64,000 nucleotides of DNA from contig JAZNAO010000006.1 in NCBI GenBank assembly GCA_045586565.1, positions 1,457 through 65,456 of the forward strand, read 5' to 3'. Below the pieces are notes generated by a model that did not search any database, was not told the DNA's origin, and saw nothing but the letters and a program-made list of their open reading frames with translations. Below, piece by piece: positions 28,353 to 35,742 of the stretch; position 1 is the first letter of the stretch; each line of letters begins with the position of its first letter. The stretch comes from Candidatus Enterousia sp. GTDB lineage: Bacteria > Pseudomonadota > Alphaproteobacteria > Rs-D84. A program made the translations under genes and the position numbers.

Positions 28353-29542
28353 TACTTACCTTCCTTGTCGTCGTCTTTTTTTAGCACTATTTTTGCGGTA
28401 TTTGTAACCGCGCCCACCGCATTCTTGGTCAGCCCCATAATTGCATCTGCGACCTGTTCGCCATATTCTGTTTTTTCTGCGACACCAAATGCGTCCAGTA
28501 TCATTTTTGTAATCGCTTTGGATTGGTCGTAAATATAATTTAAAACGTAAATTAAAATACTGCAACTCATCAACGTCATGGATTCCAAATTTTCTGTATT
28601 CAAATCTGCGTTGTATAATTCACCTGTTGTAATTGCATTCATCAAATCGTTTACAGATACATCCGATGCACTAAAGAACTTGGCGATTACAACCATAATA
28701 ATCGTATACGTTATAACGATTGATCCCAAAGACACAATCGAATTTACCAAATTCTTTATTTGATTTATCCCGACCCCAGATCCCAATTTTTTTATCCATT
28801 CTGGTACATGTTCTGCGCCAGTGAACGCCATTGTCATCAATGATAGTGGGAAAAAGAATGCAAAGAACGCCATTGCAACAATTGCGTCTGCAAATCTGCA
28901 ACAATATCGGAAAAATAATTTTATAAATCCCCATGACAGATAAAATCCAATAAAGAACAACATGATATGCTTTAACAAACTGCCAATTCCGGTCAAAGCC
29001 TTCCATGAAAAAGCGTTATCTACGACCGCAATCCCCAGTTTTATATATGATTGGAATTGTGTGATTGTCGTCTGCATCAACAATAATATTTTATTACGCA
29101 GTTCTGGCCTAAAAAAACTATCATCTGTCATTTCTTTTGGGGTATATGGAACTTTTTCTTCGACCTGAACTGTATCCAGTTGGATTATGTTTTGTGTATA
29201 AACCGTTGTAACAGATGCAATGGGTTCGAATATTAGTGTAGATACCATTCGTGGTAATGTGACACCCGCCCCCAGCAGTCCGACAACAACAATCGAATTT
29301 AAAAATACTTTTTGTATGGATTTCTTAAAGAATAGGTCGTCCATCCCTTTTTGCATATTTTTCATCCATGCATTTGACACATACAATGCAAATAATGCAA
29401 TCAACAACATCAGACATAATTTTGCAAAATTATCATATATATACGCGGCTGCCAAAGACACAATCTGAAACAGACGGTCAAATATTGGACAACTCCAACA
29501 TTGGATTGAATTGTCTATCAAAGATGATGTCCATTCGTTCAT
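28352..29542 (-). CDS. TrbL/VirB6-like polytopic membrane protein, paralogue 2 (396 aa)
   Basis: N-terminus ...CWSCPIFDRLFQIV, followed by a TM bundle. Overlaps both neighbours. Confidence 0.5.
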   Translation of the reverse strand: MNEWTSSLIDNSIQCWSCPIFDRLFQIVSLAAAYIYDNFAKLCLMLLIALFALYVSNAWMKNMQKGMDDLFFKKSIQKVFLNSIVVVGLLGAGVTLPRMVSTLIFEPIASVTTVYTQNIIQLDTVQVEEKVPYTPKEMTDDSFFRPELRNKILLLMQTTITQFQSYIKLGIAVVDNAFSWKALTGIGSLLKHIMLFFIGFYLSWGFIKLFFRYCCRFADAIVAMAFFAFFFPLSLMTMAFTGAEHVPEWIKKLGSGVGINQIKNLVNSIVSLGSIVITYTIIMVVIAKFFSASDVSVNDLMNAITTGELYNADLNTENLESMTLMSCSILIYVLNYIYDQSKAITKMILDAFGVAEKTEYGEQVADAIMGLTKNAVGAVTNTAKIVLKKDDDKEGK

Positions 29543-30801
29543 TTCTTTTTAAACCATCCCAATGCGCTATTAAATGCGCTGGTTGTTTGTTTGATACCTT
29601 TCCACATTGTTGTGGCGTCACCATTGACCTGTCTATACAGTTTATCCATACCGCCACCGATATAATTTTCCAGTTGCTTTTGTGTCATCTGATAGATTTT
29701 ATACATCAAAAAGAATGTCAATATTGCCGACATCCATGTGACAGAATGTGTTCCAAATCCAATTGCATTTACAACTTCTGGTGTGGGCAGATTGCTGTAT
29801 GCGCTGCCCCCGGCGGCAGAAACAAATACCGAAGAATTCCATCGGAACAGTGCTTTGATTACCGCCAAATTGATGCACAGTATAAACGCACATGCAATCA
29901 TAGTGATAATCAATTGTTGTAACGCCTTGGTAATACCGCTGAATGCGGGCCAAACATCGAACCATTTATCACTGGACTTGGTCACGTATGTCAGCACATA
30001 GAACGGATATAAAATCAGTTGTACACCGAAATTAAATATTCCCTGTATAATCAGCATTGCCATAAACAGGTTACTGCCGATAAATGTGATTATTAGAATA
30101 ATCCCGGTCAATACATTCATTAAATCTTCGCCACCATGTGGAATCAATGTCAACAGCCCGCGCAATCCACGTGTCAAGAAATCAAATCCGCGTTTTATAA
30201 TCTGGTTGTTTGCGTGTGATAAATCAGATATTGGTTGCACTAAAAATTCGCATGATTCCGGATTCAACCACGCTTTTTCTGTAATGCTGGTTGGGCAATC
30301 TATTTTTTGTGCGTTGGTTCCTGTTTCGTTGATTGTCTGTGTTATTTCATGAGTATATACCGACCCCAGTTTTAAAAAAGGATTTACCAACCACTGCGTC
30401 AAGAACATCGGTGACAGTTGTAATAAAAATACAATTGCGATAAATGCGCGAAATCCAGGTTTTAGAACTTTTGTTGCGATGTCCATTGGACCGGCTTTGC
30501 CATCAGCGATTTCACCGCCCCCCGATATGTTAAAGAACGCCAGCACTTCTTTCGGGGCAAACATTTTTAACAGTCCGATTACAATAGTTATAACGAAAAA
30601 TAATATAACCAATCCTTGAATAATTCCGTTGCCCACAAAAAATTCATATCCGCCCGTGGCAACCATCATCAGCGCATCCAATATCATCGGCACAAAAGGT
30701 GCCAAATTTAATGCGTCAACAATATCTGCATGTGCGGCCCCTGGTGCGCAGAAAACCGCGACAAAACATAAGGCTGATAATATTTTTTTTAGTATATTCA
30801 T
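29539..30801 (-). CDS. TrbL/VirB6-like polytopic membrane protein, paralogue 1 (420 aa)
   Basis: Signal peptide ...CAPGAAHA|D and a polytopic body. First gene of the minus-strand four-gene operon. Confidence 0.5.
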   Translation of the reverse strand: MNILKKILSALCFVAVFCAPGAAHADIVDALNLAPFVPMILDALMMVATGGYEFFVGNGIIQGLVILFFVITIVIGLLKMFAPKEVLAFFNISGGGEIADGKAGPMDIATKVLKPGFRAFIAIVFLLQLSPMFLTQWLVNPFLKLGSVYTHEITQTINETGTNAQKIDCPTSITEKAWLNPESCEFLVQPISDLSHANNQIIKRGFDFLTRGLRGLLTLIPHGGEDLMNVLTGIILIITFIGSNLFMAMLIIQGIFNFGVQLILYPFYVLTYVTKSSDKWFDVWPAFSGITKALQQLIITMIACAFILCINLAVIKALFRWNSSVFVSAAGGSAYSNLPTPEVVNAIGFGTHSVTWMSAILTFFLMYKIYQMTQKQLENYIGGGMDKLYRQVNGDATTMWKGIKQTTSAFNSALGWFKKK

Positions 30802-30869
30802 TCTCTCTTTTTATTTTTATCTTTTCAATTATATCACATTTAATGCAAAATATGGTATACTTAAAAACA

Positions 30870-32159
30870 ATGAATTGGTTAAAAAAATTTTGGATAATGT
30901 TTTTGTCCTTTCTGCCGATTGGGGCAGGGGCGGTTGCGCCATTTGTGATAAAGGGGTTGATTGGTGCGACGGCGGTTGCTGGATTTTCCATATATCGCAA
31001 TATGTCGCCTGTAAATATGGCAGACGCATTGGAATTTTTTTCATCGTGTTGGACGTGTCAGATGTTTTCAGACATTATGGCAACAATGTCGAATATATTG
31101 CCCCCTATATATGACGGTTTGGGTGGCGCGATAATTCCGTTTGCGATAATTCTGACGGCGGTATGGTTTGCGTGGCAGATTGTCAGTGATCATATGAATG
31201 CCAAAACGCCAGAAGCATGGTCTTTTACAACAAAATTTAGCACGCATTTAATAAAATTGACAGCGGTGTGTGCACTGCTGGCGGCGCCAATTCCGCGCAT
31301 GGTGACCCAAATTGCGATTGAACCGATATTTAATGTTGGTTTATCACTAAATCGATTGGTGGCGCATGACGATAGTTTTGATTCGTGTGTTGTGTCGACT
31401 GCCTTGGTTGATCCAACATCAGACAGTGCAGATGCGGCCAATTCTGGGGTGTTTTCGCCAAAGTTACGTCATAATTTAACATGTGAATTGGCGGGTGTGC
31501 ATCAAATGACAGGTCTGGGGATGACCGTTGGGTGGACAATGTTAAATATGTCATTCGATTCGGAATATATGCATAAAATTATGTGGGCTATCCCGATTTT
31601 TCCGAACGTGATACTGTTTGTTGCGGGCGCATTGATTGTGGGGTTATTTTTCTTGGCTTTGCTGCCGATACCATTGTATTTCTTAGAAATATTCATAAAG
31701 CTATCATTGGATATGGTGATGTTACCACTGATGTTGTTGGGTTGGTTGTTTGATGGATGGGCAATATCCCTCAAAGGGGCAGGTAAAACGATTCGTTCTA
31801 TTATTGATGACGTGATAAATGGGACGCTGGGGTTGGCGGTGACGGGTGTATTTGTATCATTTGCGATAATGTTTTTGAATGCGATATTCGGTGATTGGAA
31901 TGGTGCATCTGTTTTATCGACTGCATTGACCCAAAATGATTCGAAAATTTTGATAGACGCCTTGATGATGCGCAATGACAGTTTGGTTACTATAATTCTG
32001 ATGGGATTGTTTATGGCTGCGTTTATGACAATGATTCCTGCCCTGGCGAAGTCTTTGTTTAGCATAACTATATCCACAGAATTCTATGATTCGGCAAAAA
32101 AGAACCTTGATACACTGTGGAAAGGCTTGAAAAACGTATACGCACAAATAAAAAAATAA
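30870..32159 (+). CDS. TrbL/VirB6-like polytopic membrane protein, paralogue 5 (divergent)
   Basis: The ORF is open from 30699. ATG 30870 (MNWLKKFW...) was chosen to avoid overlapping the divergent gene; ATG 30843 or 30852 are possible. Contains the motif CWTCQMFSDIM and a polytopic body. Confidence 0.5.
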   Translation: MNWLKKFWIMFLSFLPIGAGAVAPFVIKGLIGATAVAGFSIYRNMSPVNMADALEFFSSCWTCQMFSDIMATMSNILPPIYDGLGGAIIPFAIILTAVWFAWQIVSDHMNAKTPEAWSFTTKFSTHLIKLTAVCALLAAPIPRMVTQIAIEPIFNVGLSLNRLVAHDDSFDSCVVSTALVDPTSDSADAANSGVFSPKLRHNLTCELAGVHQMTGLGMTVGWTMLNMSFDSEYMHKIMWAIPIFPNVILFVAGALIVGLFFLALLPIPLYFLEIFIKLSLDMVMLPLMLLGWLFDGWAISLKGAGKTIRSIIDDVINGTLGLAVTGVFVSFAIMFLNAIFGDWNGASVLSTALTQNDSKILIDALMMRNDSLVTIILMGLFMAAFMTMIPALAKSLFSITISTEFYDSAKKNLDTLWKGLKNVYAQIKK

Positions 32160-32226
32160 AAATCAAGTGCTTTATTTAACATAGCCCCCTTTTTTGTGTG
32201 TTCCGAATCTGATATAATTCATAGCA

Positions 32227-32736
32227 ATGACAAAGTTTCCGATTCTTTATTGGTCACGCAGAACCGCTGGGGACAGCGAATATCAGTTGGCGCGCAAGGT
32301 TATAAATAATGCCACGGGTGTTATGCCGGACGTGTTGACTGATGATATTGATATTGCGGCGATATTGGCGCAAAATCCAAATGCGACGATTTACTATCCT
32401 GTGTTTTGCGGTTCAACAGGTTGGTGGGGTGAATTATTGGGGTGTGATGCGGTTGTCGTTGATAAAATGATAATATCCCCCGAATGTCAATTGATGGTTA
32501 TCGAATCGCAAAAAAATGCCAAACCGCGTGGCACGAATCAGTTATTGGCGGCTGAAATTTACCCGACCAGTGGTTTTTTCAAGAAAATGAATTCTGGGAT
32601 TGCGACGGTTGCAGATATGTTGGCGACGGACGCCGGGACAATATTGGCATTATTCTCTGGCAAGAATCAGAATCAGTTTATAAATGTATTGGAATCGACG
32701 GGCAATTCATATCTGGGATGCATTGGTCGATATTAA
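32227..32736 (+). CDS. Hypothetical protein (169 aa)
   Basis: An ORF of good length in an otherwise empty interval. I recognise no motif. Confidence 0.4.
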   Translation: MTKFPILYWSRRTAGDSEYQLARKVINNATGVMPDVLTDDIDIAAILAQNPNATIYYPVFCGSTGWWGELLGCDAVVVDKMIISPECQLMVIESQKNAKPRGTNQLLAAEIYPTSGFFKKMNSGIATVADMLATDAGTILALFSGKNQNQFINVLESTGNSYLGCIGRY

Positions 32737-32811
32737 AATGCTATTATTGCTTGATTTCTGTAAAAATACTTGTATAATTTGCGGGCTAAAATTTAAACAA
32801 AGGTAAACATC

Positions 32812-33024
32812 ATGAAACAAGGAATTCATCCTGAATATCACGAAATCAACGTCACCAGAACAGATGGCAAGACGGTAAAAATGTATTCTTCTGTTAAAAA
32901 AGACTTGGTTTTGTCTACTGATAATTTGAACCATTCTGCCTGGACAGGTCAGCGTTCTAATGCCGGTGACAAGGGTCAACGCGCTGCTGATTTCAAGGCG
33001 AAATTTGCAGGATTCAAATTTTAA
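32812..33024 (+). CDS. rpmE: 50S ribosomal protein L31 (Cys-less type)
   Basis: MKQGIHPEYHEI...HSAWTG...FKAKFAGF matches the L31 pattern. RBS AAAGG lies upstream. Confidence 0.9.
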   Translation: MKQGIHPEYHEINVTRTDGKTVKMYSSVKKDLVLSTDNLNHSAWTGQRSNAGDKGQRAADFKAKFAGFKF

Positions 33025-33054
33025 TCTGAACTACGTCTGGATGGGGGCGACGAT

Positions 33055-33759
33055 ATGGAATTGCTGATTAAAGGTTCGACCGAATTAAACAAAATGTTTA
33101 TGGCGTTGCAACGTACTGCGTCTGGTCTGCGCCGTGATTTTGGAGAGGTGGAAAACCTGCAACAATCGTTGCGTGGCGCACGTGATTTTGTGCAAAAGGC
33201 ATCTGCCCGTATCGAAGAAAGTATTTTAAACGACCTGTTGTTGGTTCGTCCATCGGCGGGTTTGTTGACACCAAACGTATCGCGTGCGGGTGATGGACGT
33301 GACGAATTTGTTTTGTCATTGTCTGGTGCGTCTAATTTTGTTCGTGGCAATCCGCATTTTGCAATATCATTGGCATTGCGTTCAAATGACGAAACAAAGA
33401 TTGCGTTGGTATATTCCCCAATTGACGAAAGATTGTACTATGCAGAATCCGAACGTGGTGCATATATATTCTCGGCGTATCATTCTGCCCGAATTAAGGT
33501 GTCTAATTTGTCAGACCCGGCGGATGTAACGGTTGGTTACAATACATCTGATAATCGTGAAACGATTGGTGATGTTCGTCGTACGGGATGTCCGGCATTG
33601 GATTTGGCATGGGTTGCGGCGGGTAAATTAGATGCATATGTATCAGACCCACTGGATTTTGCAGAAATTGCGGCGGGCGACCTGATTGTCCGCGAAGCAG
33701 GCGGCCGAATTGAAATGATGACTGACCTGGTTGCAACGAACGGTCATATTGAAATTTAA
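33055..33759 (+). CDS. suhB: Inositol monophosphatase/SuhB-family protein with degenerate active-site motifs
   Basis: The family backbone is present (RRDFGEVENLQ, NF..G.PHFAISLAL, ALDLAWVAAGKLDAYV, VREAGG). The DPxDGT motif is replaced by LSLSGAS. Confidence 0.7.
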   Translation: MELLIKGSTELNKMFMALQRTASGLRRDFGEVENLQQSLRGARDFVQKASARIEESILNDLLLVRPSAGLLTPNVSRAGDGRDEFVLSLSGASNFVRGNPHFAISLALRSNDETKIALVYSPIDERLYYAESERGAYIFSAYHSARIKVSNLSDPADVTVGYNTSDNRETIGDVRRTGCPALDLAWVAAGKLDAYVSDPLDFAEIAAGDLIVREAGGRIEMMTDLVATNGHIEI

Positions 33760-33785
33760 AATCCCCCATTTGGGGGATTTTTTTG
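33757..33785 (+). terminator. Intrinsic terminator after suhB-like gene
   Basis: ATCCCCC-ATTT-GGGGGAT hairpin followed by T7. Confidence 0.8.
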
Positions 33786-33799
33786 AGTTCAAGTTTCTT

Positions 33800-33862
33800 A
33801 GATAAATAAAAGTTTATCGAAGTATTTTTTACAATTTTCTGACAAGAAAATTGTCATTCCTG
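33800..33862 (-). repeat. Dispersed palindromic repeat arm (copy R2)
   Basis: GATAAATAAAAGTTTA...TTTTACAATTTTCTGACAAGAAAATTGTCATT has the same architecture as 22569-22652. Confidence 0.6.
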
Positions 33863-33993
33863 CTCCGGGCCCCGCAAAAATTGTAAATTTTTGTGGGTGG
33901 GCATAGGCAGGAACAGGGTTTATAAAATTTACATACTCTCTGGAATACGTAATTGGTGCGCGTTGCGCACGGTTAAGAGACCCTATTACCGCC

Positions 33994-34059
33994 TGCGCGG
34001 TAATGACAAGAATTAAAAATTCTTGTAAAATGTTATGCAGATTTAAACTTTTATTTAAG
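33994..34059 (+). repeat. Dispersed palindromic repeat arm (copy F3), inverted relative to R2
   Basis: ...GGTAATGACAAGAATTAAAAATTCTTGTAAAATGTTATGCAGATTTAAACTTTTATTTAAG. It runs directly into the -35 box of the downstream promoter. Confidence 0.7.
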
Positions 34060-34061
34060 TA

Positions 34062-34090
34062 TTGATTCAACTTTTCAAAAATGATAAAAT
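34062..34090 (+). promoter_or_regulatory. Sigma70-type promoter of Cys-rich gene A
   Basis: TTGATT, a 17-nt spacer, then TAAAAT. The same geometry and -10 box recur at 53299 and 55128. Confidence 0.6.
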
Positions 34091-34358
34091 ACATTTGTCG
34101 GTGGGATTTTTCACCGATGGGGTGTGGAAACCCGTTATCTAAGCGTCTATGCACGATTGCATAACGCGCCAATGGCGTGTTTTTTGTGCAGTGTATGGAT
34201 GAAAATTTTTTTCTCCTGATCTTATGTGGTCAGGAGGGCTGCGAATATATTGAATAAGCACACAATTCTTAGATATTGTTTCCAACCTCCTGGCCACCTA
34301 TCTTTTATGGTGGTTTTTGTTTAATTTGCGTATGCAGAACGAAAGGGAGGAAAGTAAT
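34091..34358 (+). promoter_or_regulatory. Conserved structured leader (attenuator-like), copy A
   Basis: Hairpins at 34098-34117 and 34120-34133, and hairpin plus T-run at 34164-34185. Alternative segments: S1 34213-34221, S2 34226-34238, S3 34286-34298, S4 plus T5 34309-34318. Conserved in copies B and C. Confidence 0.6.
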
Positions 34359-35102
34359 ATGCAAAAATTTTTAAAACTAACCGGCGTATCAGTTTTGGCA
34401 ATCGTTGCCGCAACGGGCGCCAATGCCGCGGGATACACCTGTGAAGAATTGATTGAATACACAGCATGTAATGATGGGTGGTATTTAAACGATGGTGATT
34501 GTATAGAAAGCACAACATGTCCATCGGGCAGTTATTTACGTCCGTTTTGTTCAGTGAGCGATTGTGGTGTGAGTTATGATTCTGAGACCGAAGAATATAC
34601 TTGTTGTGATGGTGATTATGTTGCAAACCTGGAATGCATACAATGCCCATCTGTTGGTCTGACTGACAAAGACGGCAAAGTGGTGTCGGTTAAATCACAG
34701 CCTGGCTCAATGGGTGTTGGTTCGTGCTATATTGACCCGAATGCATATTTCAAGGATAGCACGGGGACATATCATTATAAGTCCAATTGTTCTGTGCGTT
34801 TCTGGGAAACATCCCCAGACACAGAAGAAGAATGTACCAGTCTTGGTTTTGAATGGGTATATACAAGTGGTGAATCAGATTCTTATTATGTTTGTGCGTT
34901 GAACATGCGGATTAGTGAACAGTTGGGTTTAATAAAGACAGAAGAAGAATGTAACGCGGCAGCTGAAAAAATATATGGCTTGGTATGGAAAGATGAAGGA
35001 GATTATTATTATTCCAGATGCGAAACCATAAACTACGAAGAGAGTTACTTTATTTTTAGGGATGAATGGTATGTTTTTGGTGATCCTATTTCTCACTCCT
35101 AA
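34359..35102 (+). CDS. Secreted Cys-rich protein, family member A (247 aa)
   Basis: RBS GGGAGGAAAG and signal peptide ...ATGANA|AGYTCEELIEYTAC. Shares the N-terminal module and the CP..GLTDKDG...SC.ID...F.D..G.Y.YK..C module with the protein at 55429. Confidence 0.75.
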   Translation: MQKFLKLTGVSVLAIVAATGANAAGYTCEELIEYTACNDGWYLNDGDCIESTTCPSGSYLRPFCSVSDCGVSYDSETEEYTCCDGDYVANLECIQCPSVGLTDKDGKVVSVKSQPGSMGVGSCYIDPNAYFKDSTGTYHYKSNCSVRFWETSPDTEEECTSLGFEWVYTSGESDSYYVCALNMRISEQLGLIKTEEECNAAAEKIYGLVWKDEGDYYYSRCETINYEESYFIFRDEWYVFGDPISHS

Positions 35103-35105
35103 AAT

Positions 35106-35134
35106 AAAAAATCCCGCAATCGCGGGATTTTTTA
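35106..35134. terminator. Bidirectional terminator between Cys-rich gene A and fabZ
   Basis: A-run, then ATCCCGC-AATC-GCGGGAT hairpin, then T6. Confidence 0.75.
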
Positions 35135-35569
35135 AACTGCCTTTTGTAATACTGCGGTAAAGGTTGATTCTGCGACCTTTTTACCACCCACAAATGCAAT
35201 TCCGTGGAATTTATACAATTTCATCTTGGTCATCAATAATTCAACATGCAATTCCAACTTATCGCCCGGGTGCACCATATGTGAAAACTTAATCTTTTCC
35301 ATTGTGGTAAAATACCCCAATGTATCTTTGCGTTCCGCCTCTGACAGACGCGCAAACGCAACATAGCATGCGGTCTGGGCCAACGCTTCGATTTGCAATA
35401 CGCCCGGCATAATCGGATTGCCAGGAAAATGGCCCGTGCACCAGAATTCGTCATCGCGGACATATTTTACACCAACCGCACTGGTGTCATTATATTCACG
35501 AATTTCGTCCACCAACCGCATGTCCCCGCGATGTGGTATAACTTTTTCGATTTCTTTTGCATCAATCAT
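35132..35569 (-). CDS. fabZ: 3-hydroxyacyl-ACP dehydratase FabZ
   Basis: PHRGDMRLVD and GHFPGNPIMPGVLQIEALAQ. Confidence 0.92.
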   Translation of the reverse strand: MIDAKEIEKVIPHRGDMRLVDEIREYNDTSAVGVKYVRDDEFWCTGHFPGNPIMPGVLQIEALAQTACYVAFARLSEAERKDTLGYFTTMEKIKFSHMVHPGDKLELHVELLMTKMKLYKFHGIAFVGGKKVAESTFTAVLQKAV

Positions 35570-35742
35570 TCGATATTCCTTTCCTATTATTTTTGTTTAG
35601 ACAACATCCAACTTTCAATTATAATTTTTGTCTGTGGTTTTAACAATTGATTATCAGTTTGCATTTTTTGCAAAATGCGTTTTGGTGGATAAATATAAAT
35701 AATATTTTTATTTCTATTGTCTATCATTTTTGTGTGAATTGC

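Noticed and set aside
34195-34257. Short uORFs spanning S1-S2 of the leaders. They are 20 codons at 34195-34257 and 55260-55322 (both ending GQEGCEYIE) and a 30-codon ORF in copy B, and they suggest a leader-peptide attenuator.
   Set aside because: The peptide sequence and frame are not conserved in copy B, where a 1-nt loop difference shifts the frame. None has a Shine-Dalgarno sequence, and there is no run of a regulatory codon. This is kept only as an alternative mechanism under the leader finding.
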